DNA from: Candidatus Bathyarchaeota archaeon
GTDB lineage: Archaea; Thermoproteota; Bathyarchaeia; 40CM-2-53-6; RBG-13-38-9
NCBI GenBank assembly: GCA_963807605.1
Contig: CAWECG010000003.1
Coordinates: 352,001-416,000 of the forward strand
Direction: 5' to 3'
DNA length: 64,000 nt
Numbering within the stretch: the stretch's first letter is position 1; the number at the start of each line of letters is the position of its first letter. The notes under the pieces were generated by a model, which made no database searches, had not been told where the DNA came from, and was given only the letters and a program-made list of their open reading frames with translations. This document shows, piece by piece, positions 37,300 to 47,760 of this stretch. The position numbers and the translations under genes are program-made.

Positions 37300-39620
37300 T
37301 GAGTGAGAGAATAAAGTTTCAAATCGATGTATCACGGATTTTGGAAGTACTTACCAGGCAGATTTACGATTCTCCGTATGCATTACTTCGTGAGAACATA
37401 CAAAATGCTTACGATGCAATTCTGGTACGAATGTTTAGGAAGCGCACGAGCTTTGACCCTTTGATAACAGTCACTATCACAGAACGGATGGTTAAGGTAG
37501 AAGACAACGGAATCGGGATGAGTTCTGATGAGCTCAAGAACAATTTCTGGCGTACAGGGGCAAGCGGCAAGAACACAGATGAAGCACGTTCAGCAGGCGT
37601 CGTAGGAACTTTCGGAATCGGGGGACTGGCGAACTTTGGAATTTGTCGGATTCTGACCGTTGAGACGGAATCAATGAGAGATGGCACACGGACGAAATCT
37701 ATCGCTGATCGAGATTCTCTTTCACTCGAACAGGACTGTATTCTGCTTGAGAGACTGACCCCCACCGGGCAGCCAGGAACGACGATTACAGCCGAATTGG
37801 CGTCAAATCACACAATTGAGGTTGGTAATGCAATCGCTTACCTGCAGCCATTCGTTAGCCACATACCGATGCCAGTAATAGTCAATGGCATCCTAGTAAG
37901 TACAAAACCTCTGGAAGAATCTTGCCCTAGTGATGCATCTCGTTGGACACGTTCTGTTGCAGGATGCACAGCCCAATCGTGGCAATGTGATCTTGAAATC
38001 AGAATCTCTGAAAATGGCGTCGTCTGGACCAGTATCGACAACATCAAGCTAAACGGGACTTCGTTAGAGGGTAAGGTAGTGCTAAAACAGGGAATGGGTC
38101 AAGTTATGGCATTTCGAAGCGGTTTTGGACTAGCTAGGACAGGTGTGTTGTCGTACTATACGTTTGGAGGCGCCGCTGATATGAGAATACTTCAGCCCAC
38201 CGCAGGACGTGATGCATTAACTGGCCAAAGTATCCAGACAGTTCAATCTCTGGTTTCTGCCGTTGAGGAAATGATCGCGCCAATTATCGCCGAGACACAA
38301 TACGTGGATTTGAATACGTCATTCATGAATTGGGTGGTTCATCGCAACAGGTACGACCTTTGTGGAAATCTCAGCGTTACTATCATGCCCGGGGAGAGAA
38401 AGATGAGCCTGCAAGAGGTTTCAGAGCTTTCGAAGCGAATGCCCGTGAACTCCTATAGCGGCTTCGACGAAGCTATAACCAAAGCTTATGCCTCTGATGA
38501 GAATCCGCTCATACTTATCTCTCACAGCAACCCTCGTGCTCAATGCGAAGAAAATTACCTGGCTCGCTATGCCAAAGTAACTAAGGTCTCAAGCGAACCG
38601 CAGGCCGTCAGTGTTCGACCCGAATCTTCTTGGACGATGGCAGAAGCAGCATTAGCTTTCAGGCTTGCACAAATACTGGACAATGACTACTTTGTTCCAG
38701 TGAGGATTCAATACGGAGAAATATCGCACAATCTTCCAATGCTGGTAAAGGAAGACACAAAGCCGACTCTGCTGACGTTATCATCCAAGAATTCCTCAAT
38801 AGCAATGCTTCTGCAATGCTATGCATCCGACTATTCAGCTTTCGGTCCGTTCGTGAAAGATTTCATAAGGAATGTCGTTTTCCAGCGTATCGCCCATCTT
38901 GTGCCGAGTAGCACAAGAGAAGGCGCTGAGAGTTTTCTTAAGATGCTACGTCGACAGCGTGAGACTTTCGAATACGATTTGAATGATATGCGCAGAATGG
39001 AAGAGGTGATCGCTGGCTTCTCTAAAGGAGACTTGTCATTTACTGAGGTGGTAAACGTAGCGCTTGCCACAGCTCAGAAACAACAGCAAGTAGTTTCCGT
39101 GCAGGACATGCGTTCAGCTGTTTCTGTGATTCCTGATGTCGTTCAGTACCAGGAAGTTTTGCAAAAGGAAGAATCCGGGGCCGCTAAAGAGGTTCTGTTC
39201 CCCTTTTCACCAAAACCTTCGATACTTCGCCCAGATGTTGAGACAGACGCAAAGCTTCTGGTCTTGGATGAAACGGAGAACACGTATGGGTTCAAGGGTT
39301 TGCTAAGATTATCCGAAAAGGCGTACAATGACAAGGGGGAATTTTTCTTACAGCCACACAGTACAGAAGTGATTTGGGGAGGCCAACGCATAATATTCAT
39401 CTTCAGACACATGTCTGGAGCATTTGGGTTCTATTACGATGTGCAATTGAATGAACTTCTGTCTATTCCGTCGGCGGGAAGAATCTTCGAAACCTTGACA
39501 ATTGTGTTAAAGAACTCGATATTTATTCCGATACCTTCAGATCTGTATCAGTATTTTACACCAGTGGGAAATGAAAAGAAAAGATTCGATGTGAGGTACG
39601 ACATTCTGTATCCCGAGTGA
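37296..39620 (+). CDS. Hsp90/GHKL-type ATPase with long uncharacterised C-terminal region
   Basis: IYDSPYALLRENIQNAYDA, VEDNGIGM, GASGK, VGTFGIG, PGTTI; ATGA overlap with the upstream gene. Confidence 0.85.
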   Translation: MMSERIKFQIDVSRILEVLTRQIYDSPYALLRENIQNAYDAILVRMFRKRTSFDPLITVTITERMVKVEDNGIGMSSDELKNNFWRTGASGKNTDEARSAGVVGTFGIGGLANFGICRILTVETESMRDGTRTKSIADRDSLSLEQDCILLERLTPTGQPGTTITAELASNHTIEVGNAIAYLQPFVSHIPMPVIVNGILVSTKPLEESCPSDASRWTRSVAGCTAQSWQCDLEIRISENGVVWTSIDNIKLNGTSLEGKVVLKQGMGQVMAFRSGFGLARTGVLSYYTFGGAADMRILQPTAGRDALTGQSIQTVQSLVSAVEEMIAPIIAETQYVDLNTSFMNWVVHRNRYDLCGNLSVTIMPGERKMSLQEVSELSKRMPVNSYSGFDEAITKAYASDENPLILISHSNPRAQCEENYLARYAKVTKVSSEPQAVSVRPESSWTMAEAALAFRLAQILDNDYFVPVRIQYGEISHNLPMLVKEDTKPTLLTLSSKNSSIAMLLQCYASDYSAFGPFVKDFIRNVVFQRIAHLVPSSTREGAESFLKMLRRQRETFEYDLNDMRRMEEVIAGFSKGDLSFTEVVNVALATAQKQQQVVSVQDMRSAVSVIPDVVQYQEVLQKEESGAAKEVLFPFSPKPSILRPDVETDAKLLVLDETENTYGFKGLLRLSEKAYNDKGEFFLQPHSTEVIWGGQRIIFIFRHMSGAFGFYYDVQLNELLSIPSAGRIFETLTIVLKNSIFIPIPSDLYQYFTPVGNEKKRFDVRYDILYPE

Positions 39621-39629
39621 ATAAAAGAG

Positions 39630-39722
39630 CGATTCTTTTAGCTGACCTTCCCTGTGAATAAGTCTAGTTGGAATGAAGGCTTCAGTTAATGGTAACTCAT
39701 TGTGGATTATTTCGTCTCCCAC
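39630..39722 (-). pseudogene. Orc1/Cdc6 N-terminal remnant
   Basis: IIHNELPLTEAFIPTRLIHREGQLKE is the typical Cdc6 N-terminus; similarity is lost after about 30 codons. Confidence 0.7.
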
Positions 39723-39895
39723 TATTGTCTTTTAGTGGCATACATTCATATCAATTTCGTTCCTCTAGAAGTCCCGCTAGATGATAACTATTTATGTTTT
39801 AAAAACAAATGAATATTTGATTGCCATAATTTCCGAGAAATTCAGGACATGTGATTGTGCTAGTTTTCCCAGCCTCGGCGTAACGGCACAATTGC

Positions 39896-41149
39896 ATGTC
39901 CCTAACAGATATTTCAGGCAGAGGGTTATGTGATTGTGTGAATCTCAAGAACAAAATCTATGGGTACGAGAAGAAAATTGAGAACATCTTAAGAAGAATT
40001 AAGGAGTCATCTATAAACGATGATAGTAAGGAGAAAATCCTAGAATTTTATGATGAACTTCTGGCTCAAGGCTACAGTAAAGCGAGAATAGTAAAGTACC
40101 TAGATACTCTGTGCAGAATTGCCGTCATGTTGGGCAAGCCCTTTGTTGAGGCAAACAGGGACGATATCGCATGTTTCGTTCGTAAGATCGAAGCAAAAGA
40201 TTACTCTGAATGGACAAAGCACGACTACAAGGTCATTCTGAAATTATTCTACAGATGGCTCAGGAAGGCCGAAGAGTATCCGGAAGAAGTTAGATGGATT
40301 AAACCGAGAATAAAGAACAACAACCTCTTACCTGACGGACTTCTAACAGAGGAGGAGATCAAAGGCCTGGCTGAGGCAGCGGGTAACCCAAGAGATAGGG
40401 CACTAGTTCTGGTACTCTATGAATCCGGCTGCAGAATCGGAGAGATCCTTTCCCTAAGTATCAAGAACGTCCAGTTCGATGAGTATGGTGCCCAATTGAT
40501 AGTCAGCGGAAAAACAGGCTCAAGAAGGGTAAGAATAATCTTCTCAGCCCCAAGACTTGCTCAATGGATTGAAAACCATCCATTAAGAAATGACCCCGAT
40601 GCTCCTCTCTGGGTCAGCTTGGGCACAAGAGATAGGAATGAGGCCTTAACGTATGGCGCTGCGAAATCAGTAATCAAGGACCTCGCTTCAAAAGCGAACA
40701 TCAGAAAGCGCATTTATCCACATCTTTTCAGGCACTCCAGAGCCACCTACCTCGCAAATCACCTAACAGAGGCTCAGATGAAGCACATGTTCGGCTGGGT
40801 CCAGAGCTCGAAAATGGCAGGCACCTATGTCCACCTCTCCGGAAGAGATGTTGATAAACCGCTACTGAAATTGAGCGGAATAAGATCTGATTACGAACAA
40901 GAGTCTAAAGAATTTCAGATTAGATTTTGTCCCCGGTGCAAGACAAGGAACTCGCCGGATTCCAAATTCTGCAATTCCTGTGGCCTTTGCTTTGATGTGA
41001 AGAGCACCGTGCAAATCGATGAGATGAGAGAGAAAGCTGATAGATTGATGACGGAACTTGTGAAACAACCTGAAGTCTTGGCTGTTCTTCTTAAAGCCCT
41101 TGAGAAATCCGAGAGATCAAGCCTTGACACGAAATCCCATGAGATATAG
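39896..41149 (+). CDS. tyrosine recombinase/integrase with C-terminal zinc ribbon
   Basis: LYESGCRIGE (R), GKTG (K), HLFRHSRAT (HxxR), FGW (W), TYVH (Y); CPRC...CNSC. Confidence 0.95.
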   Translation: MSLTDISGRGLCDCVNLKNKIYGYEKKIENILRRIKESSINDDSKEKILEFYDELLAQGYSKARIVKYLDTLCRIAVMLGKPFVEANRDDIACFVRKIEAKDYSEWTKHDYKVILKLFYRWLRKAEEYPEEVRWIKPRIKNNNLLPDGLLTEEEIKGLAEAAGNPRDRALVLVLYESGCRIGEILSLSIKNVQFDEYGAQLIVSGKTGSRRVRIIFSAPRLAQWIENHPLRNDPDAPLWVSLGTRDRNEALTYGAAKSVIKDLASKANIRKRIYPHLFRHSRATYLANHLTEAQMKHMFGWVQSSKMAGTYVHLSGRDVDKPLLKLSGIRSDYEQESKEFQIRFCPRCKTRNSPDSKFCNSCGLCFDVKSTVQIDEMREKADRLMTELVKQPEVLAVLLKALEKSERSSLDTKSHEI

Positions 41150-41206
41150 CATGCGCTCTTTGATAGCGCCTTAAATACTTTCATAGTTAGAATTAGTGCG
41201 AACGAT

Positions 41207-42310
41207 ATGGTAGAAACTCTTGACCAGAGAATAAGCAGAAGGAGATTTTTGAAGTACAGTGGAGCGGCTGTTGTGGCTGCCGGTGCTGCCGCTCTAGGGG
41301 TGTATGAATATTCTGAGTACTATAAGCAAGCAACAGTGAGCCCAATTCCAACTGCTAGCTCGACAATTACACCTACTCAAACTCCTACTCCGACCTCTAC
41401 CACTCAAGAGAAACTTCTTTATTTAGCTGGAAAAATACTTTACAATGAAAAAGGAAATGGAATCCAAAGTCCAAGTGATTCAAAGCTTGCCGATGCACCA
41501 TTTCGATTAATAGATAATACGGGAAAAATCACTTCTACTACAACCAACTCAGCTGGCGAATATAGATTTGATGTCCCTCGTGAAAATTATTCTCTACAGA
41601 TTTATGCTAGGGGAAAATATTGGGCGATGTGTCACTCTAAGAATGATGTAGCACCTGCATGGGGTCCATATGATGAGTGTGGTTATCCAATTAAGTTGCG
41701 TGAAGACCAAGAAGGTGTGGACTTCGGGGTCATGGAAGGAATTTTAACTCAACCAGTAAGTGAGGGGACTAAATTCCATATAGACAGATATTATGATTGG
41801 GACCCTAGACCGGCAACATCATTGTGGTGGGATGGGACTGTTGGAAATGATCCATGGAATCATGATGGAATTGATTATGGTATGGATGAAGGTAAAGATC
41901 TTCTTGCAATGGCTCCTGGTAATGTTACAGGAGTAATAACTAACAAACAAGGCCTCGGAGTTGCGTTAAATCATTATGCTAACATTTACACGATATATGG
42001 ACATATAAGCAAAGCATTAGTTAAAGAAGGTGATTCTATATCAAGAGGACAAAAGATTGCAGAATCAGGAAAAACAGGTGTAGATTATCCACACACACAC
42101 GTTAGCCTTTTTTCAATGGGACTACCCATTACGTTTTTCGATCCTTACCACCCCATATTTAAGATGGAACCTCTCTTCAATGGTTATTGGATTAATGATG
42201 GAGAATTTGAAGAATATGGACAGAAATGGGTAGACTGTAACGGAAGAGATAATCCTAACCTTGATTATCCAAACTTTTGGACAAAATTTAATAAACCAGT
42301 ATTTGCATAG
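41207..42310 (+). CDS. Tat-exported M23 family metallopeptidase
   Basis: SRRRFLK + hydrophobic helix, Thr/Pro linker, Ig-like segment, NHDGIDY (HxxxD), YGHIS, GQKIAESGKTG, PHTH (HxH). Confidence 0.88.
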   Translation: MVETLDQRISRRRFLKYSGAAVVAAGAAALGVYEYSEYYKQATVSPIPTASSTITPTQTPTPTSTTQEKLLYLAGKILYNEKGNGIQSPSDSKLADAPFRLIDNTGKITSTTTNSAGEYRFDVPRENYSLQIYARGKYWAMCHSKNDVAPAWGPYDECGYPIKLREDQEGVDFGVMEGILTQPVSEGTKFHIDRYYDWDPRPATSLWWDGTVGNDPWNHDGIDYGMDEGKDLLAMAPGNVTGVITNKQGLGVALNHYANIYTIYGHISKALVKEGDSISRGQKIAESGKTGVDYPHTHVSLFSMGLPITFFDPYHPIFKMEPLFNGYWINDGEFEEYGQKWVDCNGRDNPNLDYPNFWTKFNKPVFA

Positions 42311-42406
42311 TCAAGAATTAAATTAGCGCGCGCTATGCGGCGCTCAGGAGGCACTGCAACGGTAATTCTATCCGTCGGTAAAGTACATGCTTAGCTGCTG
42401 CTTCCT

Positions 42407-42652
42407 TTGTACATGAGATGTTCTATTTGCAGAAAAGAAATAATAGGCACAGCATTTTGGCTCGATGGAAAACCAATATGTGGCGACTGTTGCTATAGGT
42501 ATTCGCCAAAAAATCGAAAACCCAAGTCAGGAGATAATCCATACATTACCCGAGAAGATAGTCCTGACGACTACTCGAAGGAGTATGATACACAAGAAGA
42601 GTCCGTGGAGGAGTTGTCTTACTCTGATGAAGGAAATGAAGTCGAATCGTAA
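42407..42652 (+). CDS. small zinc-finger protein with acidic tail
   Basis: CSIC...ICGDC. Confidence 0.5.
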   Translation: MYMRCSICRKEIIGTAFWLDGKPICGDCCYRYSPKNRKPKSGDNPYITREDSPDDYSKEYDTQEESVEELSYSDEGNEVES

Positions 42653-42797
42653 TTCCTTCTTTTGTATGCTTGTCGAAGGACCCTGAACCACTCTGGCATT
42701 TTCTCAAGTGTTACCTCATCTATGTCCTCGTAGAGAATTTGCAGCAGCTCCATGTTATGATCCCTCAGTTTGCTTTCTCAGCAATGGCACCATTGCC

Positions 42798-43748
42798 CTA
42801 ACCGTCTGCGTTCTCCTGAGTGATCTCGTAGACCCTTCCTGTCTTATCTCCAACTGATTTCGCCAACCCTTTGACGCATAGATCTTTCATGTAGTTTCGG
42901 TAAGACCTCTCTCCCTTAGGATACCTCGTCTTCTCGCAATAGAGCGCGAACAACCTTGAGCTCGGTAGGCCTTTCTGTTCTTTGAGTATGTTAAGCAGTA
43001 CTTTCTCATCCTGGTTCAACTCTGATTCAGGGCAATCGATTTCTGGAACATCACTCTCTTCAATCTTAGCTCTATTTTCTGATTCGGCTTTGAGCGCAGC
43101 TGTCCTCAGGAGATTCAGTCCCAGTGAAATGTTGCCTTTGCATTGCACAGTTATTTTCTTGAGGAGCGAGTCTGAGTAGGCCCATTCTTTGAGTGATAGT
43201 TTAGCTCGTTCGCTTAAGATCGCCAGGGTCTGTTCAGGGCTATAAGTTGGAATCTTCAGCATGTTTGTGAAGCTACTTCTTGTCTGTAGGTCAAGTCTTA
43301 GATAGTTTTCTTCCTTGTCTGCGACCAAGACCACAATGAAGCCTAACCCAACTAGCTTCGATACTACTTCTACCTCTCTGAGGTGGTCAAAGTGATCCAA
43401 ACATAGTAGGAATTTGCCATTCTTGGTTTTCTCCTTGATTCGTTTCAGAAGGTCGTAATTGCTCCTGCTCATGACCAGACTTGAGAGAGCCGATAGGATT
43501 TCTCTTAAGATCGCGTTTGTCGTCTGGTAAAGGCCGCAGTCTATGTGTATGTTTCTGCCTTTGAACTCGGGGATAACATGCTTTACGAGCGTGGATTTAC
43601 CTATTCCCGCATCTCCATGTAGGAATGTGTGAACCTGATTTGTCATCGCATTTTGTAGCTGGGATATCTCGCTGTCTCTAAACGAGATCTTCTCTGGTAC
43701 GTATAACGGAGATAGTGCCTGTGGGTTGGAGAGGACTCTAGAGGTCAC
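42798..43748 (-). CDS. cdc6: Orc1/Cdc6 family replication initiator
   Basis: LSPLYVPEKISFRDSEI, Walker A GDAGIGKS, Walker B variant LCLDHFD, YSPEQTLAILSER, C-terminal wHTH. Confidence 0.85.
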   Translation of the reverse strand: MTSRVLSNPQALSPLYVPEKISFRDSEISQLQNAMTNQVHTFLHGDAGIGKSTLVKHVIPEFKGRNIHIDCGLYQTTNAILREILSALSSLVMSRSNYDLLKRIKEKTKNGKFLLCLDHFDHLREVEVVSKLVGLGFIVVLVADKEENYLRLDLQTRSSFTNMLKIPTYSPEQTLAILSERAKLSLKEWAYSDSLLKKITVQCKGNISLGLNLLRTAALKAESENRAKIEESDVPEIDCPESELNQDEKVLLNILKEQKGLPSSRLFALYCEKTRYPKGERSYRNYMKDLCVKGLAKSVGDKTGRVYEITQENADG

Positions 43749-43965
43749 AATACGAATGTAATCTTAAAGCTTTAGTAGTTTGCGAGTGTGTGATTTGCCG
43801 ATAATTCCGATAACGTTTGAGTGAGAACGAAATCTCAACATAGCTCGCGTAAAGAGCTTGACAGTCGATGATACTGTTACCCTACCTTTTGCCCGCGAAC
43901 CACATTTAGTTTTTTACCTGGTTGTCCCTCATCAATAAATAGTTAACAGACCTAAGTGAACCTAT

Positions 43966-44838
43966 ATGCCCAAGTTACATAATGAAATGCCAACACGACA
44001 TCTGGCTAATGAAGTCGACATCAACCTCATAGACGTTTCTGGACTTAACACGCGCAAGGACTTGGAGGCCGGTACGGAAGATAGTGGACTGGATGATCTG
44101 GCCGAAAGCATTTCTGAGAAAGGATTACTCAGCCCCATCATTGTAAGGCGAAAAGGCCAAAGATACGAACTAATTGCTGGGCAAAGGCGCTACCTTGCGT
44201 GCAGGAGACTAAAGTGGAAGACGATTCCATGCTTCATAAGAGACGATCTTAGCGACAGCGATGCTACGGCCATCTCCCTTATTGAAAACGTACATCGCGC
44301 CGAAATGAACCCGATAGATAAAGCAAATGCCCTAGAAAGCTTATTGAAATATCATAAGAAAGACTACAATAAAGTTTCAAAGGAAACAGGAATTAGCACG
44401 CCTACGGTCAGACGCTATATTTCATTGCTTGAGCTTCCTGAAGAATTGAAACGCAAGATTTCAACTACAGAAGGACCAGCCAAAGTTCAATCCCTTTCAC
44501 TTCTGTCGAAGACCTTTACCGATAAAGGGGAGATGCTTACAGTATATGATAAGACCTCTGGTTTCACCCAACAGGTTCAGATGGAGATAATCAGGCAAAG
44601 CAAGGGGGACCTACGTAGTATAGACCAATTGGTTGAAAAAGCACACGAAGGTATTTTTAGTGTGCATAGATGCAGAGGAGTTGACGATTGCTCATTTGTC
44701 CCACAATGGATCAAAGTTGTCGATGATACCATAAGCGGTCGTGATGATTCTGTTGAGAATTCTGGAATAAAAGACATAATGTTGAAGCTTAGAAAGAATG
44801 TTGACTTCGAGATAGCCGGTAAGACTAGAAAAGGATGA
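43966..44838 (+). CDS. ParB/Spo0J-like partition protein
   Basis: LAESISEKGLLSPIIVR, LIAGQRRYLA, LIENVHR, HTH. Confidence 0.88.
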   Translation: MPKLHNEMPTRHLANEVDINLIDVSGLNTRKDLEAGTEDSGLDDLAESISEKGLLSPIIVRRKGQRYELIAGQRRYLACRRLKWKTIPCFIRDDLSDSDATAISLIENVHRAEMNPIDKANALESLLKYHKKDYNKVSKETGISTPTVRRYISLLELPEELKRKISTTEGPAKVQSLSLLSKTFTDKGEMLTVYDKTSGFTQQVQMEIIRQSKGDLRSIDQLVEKAHEGIFSVHRCRGVDDCSFVPQWIKVVDDTISGRDDSVENSGIKDIMLKLRKNVDFEIAGKTRKG

Positions 44839-46268
44839 ATCTGATGGCCGTTCTGAAAGAGACTGTCGGTAAGCTTCAACCAGTCTTAGAGGAATATGCT
44901 ACAGAAAAGGCCAATATAGAACAACAGCTTATGAGCAAGGGGATTATTCCAATTACCATCTGTGAAAGATGCTCCAGGCGAACCATAGTTCGTGTTTCAA
45001 AATTAAACGATGGCTCTCAGAAATCCGTTGCAAGTCTACTTAATTGGATGCAGGAAAATGATACCACTGATCTAGAGTCGAACGGTGAGATTCTAGCCTT
45101 CAAATCGACTAAAAAAACTGTTGAAGGCGTACAAGGCTCCATCCCTCTTGTAACTATTGGGAGCACTCTGAAATCTTCGGCCGAAAAAATTTCTTACGAT
45201 TATAAAATGTCAACGTCGAGACTCAAGCGAAAACCCTTTTCTAGGTTGCTAGATTTTCCGTTTGCGACCTTTCGTACATGCAGTCATTTGACAAAAGACA
45301 ATCTCCAAAACAAATCTTCTCCAGTCTTGTTGACTCACAAGGCAGAATATCCATTCATCGAAAGGTCACATAAGGTGGAGAAGATGTGGCAAGAAGAGGA
45401 GCCTCAAAATGAGCTTAGGCTGTTGTGCGGAGAATGCGTCAATCGAATTGATTCCATAGGCTGTGAAGACAGTATTAGGAAAGAAGGATTCGTATACAGG
45501 TATTCATTCTGTCCACTCAGCCGCGTTTTGTTAGAGCAACTTCTCGAAAAGCATAAAATCGAATACGTTGCTCCTCAGGAAGAGAACTCATATCGCGATG
45601 GGTTCATTTTTCATCTTCCGGAATATGGAGTGGTTCTAACAGGTAGCTACCGGGAGATAGAAAGCACAATCCAAGCGGTGAAGCCTGAATGCGTAGTTGC
45701 TTTCGGAGCCAAGCAAGAGCTGGTTCGCTACCTCGGACTAGGCGTCAACGTAATCGTCTTTGATGAACAAGCAGCGAATGACCGTTTCACAATACTTGAC
45801 AGAGAAGTGAAGGTCGAGCAATCGATTGAAAATATAATCCAAACAATAGTTGAGAAATTGGACCAGTACTCAAGCGAAGTAAGAGGAAAAGAACATGATA
45901 GGTTGATCGCTGCGTTTCAGAAAATTGGACGGGAACTTGGTTTTATTGCTCAGCAAGAACTTTCTCAAAAGGGAGCAAGGGTAGATGTGGTCTGGTTGAA
46001 CCGCGAAGGCGGGGTTGATGTCGCGATTGAAGTCCAAGTCTCGGCCCAATGGAAAAAGGACATAGTCACAACATGGGAAACAGGACCAAAGCTTGCAGTT
46101 GTTTTAACACACTACAAAACGGATAAGGCATTAACCGATGTGATCCAATACAATCTTCTGCAATACATGCCGCACAAATTGCTTCTAATCAATTATTCGC
46201 TAAAAAAGGCCTACTTGTTGGAGAAACAAGAAATTATCAGAGCATACGACCTTAAGACCGCAACGTGA
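44835..46268 (+). CDS. hypothetical protein with C-terminal PD-(D/E)XK nuclease-like domain
   Basis: IGRELGF...E...RVDVVW...VAIEVQ; ATGA overlap with the ParB-like gene. Confidence 0.55.
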   Translation: MNLMAVLKETVGKLQPVLEEYATEKANIEQQLMSKGIIPITICERCSRRTIVRVSKLNDGSQKSVASLLNWMQENDTTDLESNGEILAFKSTKKTVEGVQGSIPLVTIGSTLKSSAEKISYDYKMSTSRLKRKPFSRLLDFPFATFRTCSHLTKDNLQNKSSPVLLTHKAEYPFIERSHKVEKMWQEEEPQNELRLLCGECVNRIDSIGCEDSIRKEGFVYRYSFCPLSRVLLEQLLEKHKIEYVAPQEENSYRDGFIFHLPEYGVVLTGSYREIESTIQAVKPECVVAFGAKQELVRYLGLGVNVIVFDEQAANDRFTILDREVKVEQSIENIIQTIVEKLDQYSSEVRGKEHDRLIAAFQKIGRELGFIAQQELSQKGARVDVVWLNREGGVDVAIEVQVSAQWKKDIVTTWETGPKLAVVLTHYKTDKALTDVIQYNLLQYMPHKLLLINYSLKKAYLLEKQEIIRAYDLKTAT

Positions 46269-46384
46269 AATGCGAGTTCTTTGAAGTTAGCGACCATTGT
46301 TATCTGCCCTATTCATGATTTGGGAATTGTCGGAAGTCATATCCTTCGATAAGACAGATTTGAATTCGTTAACATCCATCTGTA

Positions 46385-47266
46385 GTGATTCTTCCAAAAG
46401 GCACAACAGACCATTCGATAAACAAATCGGGCAAGAGAGATCTTCTTGTTAGTGTTTGGGATTTCAGTCCTGCTCATCCTCAAAGTGAGCGCTCGCACTA
46501 TCTTCTGAACGACCATCCTGCCAAGATGCGCCCATGTCTCGCTAGAGCTATCTTACAGATTTATGGAGAATCGCCTGTTCTTGACCCTATGGCAGGTATC
46601 GGCACTACCCTGGTCGAGGCCATGTTGCTCGGAATGGATGCCGTAGGTGTTGAATACGAAAAGAAGTTCGTAGATCAAGCCAACAAGAACGTTCACCATG
46701 CAAGGAAACTCCATCCTAACCAAAAACTCGGGAACCCTGTTTGTATCCGAGGAGATGCAAGAAACCTGAGTTTTCTTCACAGTGACGTCAACGCCGTGAT
46801 TTTCAGTCCTCCTTTTGGAGAAGCCAATAGAGGCTCCGGAATAGCAAAGAAAGGATACGAAGGCAAATACGGGAAAGACGAAAACCTAAAGGATAGGTGT
46901 GACAGACCGCTTTCAAATAATAAGAATAACATCAGCAACTGTCGTTATGGTAGAACCTATCTTGGACAGATGTTCAAGGTCTATCTCGAATGTTTCAAAG
47001 CTCTGAAGTCAAATAAGTTCATGGTTGTTGTGGTGAGAGATGTCAGACGTAGAGGTCTTACGATACCGCTAGGTGCAGATACGACAAAATTGTGTCAGCT
47101 TGCTGGTTTCGAAGTTTTTGACATAATAGTCAACAAAATGTACTTTCCATCTTTCTGGCAGTTAACTCACGCTCAGAAAGCCCAAGCCAAGAAAGTGCCG
47201 ATGACATTGCGGACCCATGAATACGTACTGGTTTTCAAGAAACCGCAGTTGAATTCTCACTTGTGA
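46385..47266 (+). CDS. amino (N4-C/N6-A type) DNA methyltransferase
   Basis: HPAKM, VLDPMAGIGTT, GVEYE, GDAR, FSPPF, HEYVLVFKK. Confidence 0.8.
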   Translation: MILPKGTTDHSINKSGKRDLLVSVWDFSPAHPQSERSHYLLNDHPAKMRPCLARAILQIYGESPVLDPMAGIGTTLVEAMLLGMDAVGVEYEKKFVDQANKNVHHARKLHPNQKLGNPVCIRGDARNLSFLHSDVNAVIFSPPFGEANRGSGIAKKGYEGKYGKDENLKDRCDRPLSNNKNNISNCRYGRTYLGQMFKVYLECFKALKSNKFMVVVVRDVRRRGLTIPLGADTTKLCQLAGFEVFDIIVNKMYFPSFWQLTHAQKAQAKKVPMTLRTHEYVLVFKKPQLNSHL

Positions 47267-47469
47267 CTTGAATTCATCGACCATACATATTTGATGCTGG
47301 CTTGACCCTCGTCCAAGTCTAGCCGGATAGGTTGGTAGCCTCTTTCTGCATACCTGCTGGCTAGGTAGAACATTGCCAGACTCCAAGCTGTAATAAGAAG
47401 GTACCACAGTGGCAACCAAGTGAATCCCAGAGCGCGCGCTCAAAGTTTCTCGATTCTGAGTGGGGGAAT

Positions 47470-47760
47470 CGTAGAAGCGATCAACCAAATCCTCTAGGTA
47501 ATAATCGTGATTTCCACGGAGGAATGTGACCTTACGGGGACGGGACAGAATATGCTCTATGATCCGTTGGTTCTCCACAGTAGCTTTGCGTTCTGTCTTC
47601 TCCAGAAATCGAATATGTCCCCGATGAGTATGAAACGATCTGTATCATTCCATCCAGGATACGTGTCAATAAATCTTAGGAAGGCATCGCTATCTGATCG
47701 GCTGTACCCCAAATGAACATCAGATACGACGACTGCTTTTTGACAGTCGATTGGAGGCAT
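47470..47760 (-). pseudogene. metallophosphoesterase (LpxH-like) fragment, frameshifted and truncated
   Basis: VVSDVHLG and IGDIFDFW lie in one frame, FLRGNHDY in another; the later motifs are missing. Confidence 0.7.
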
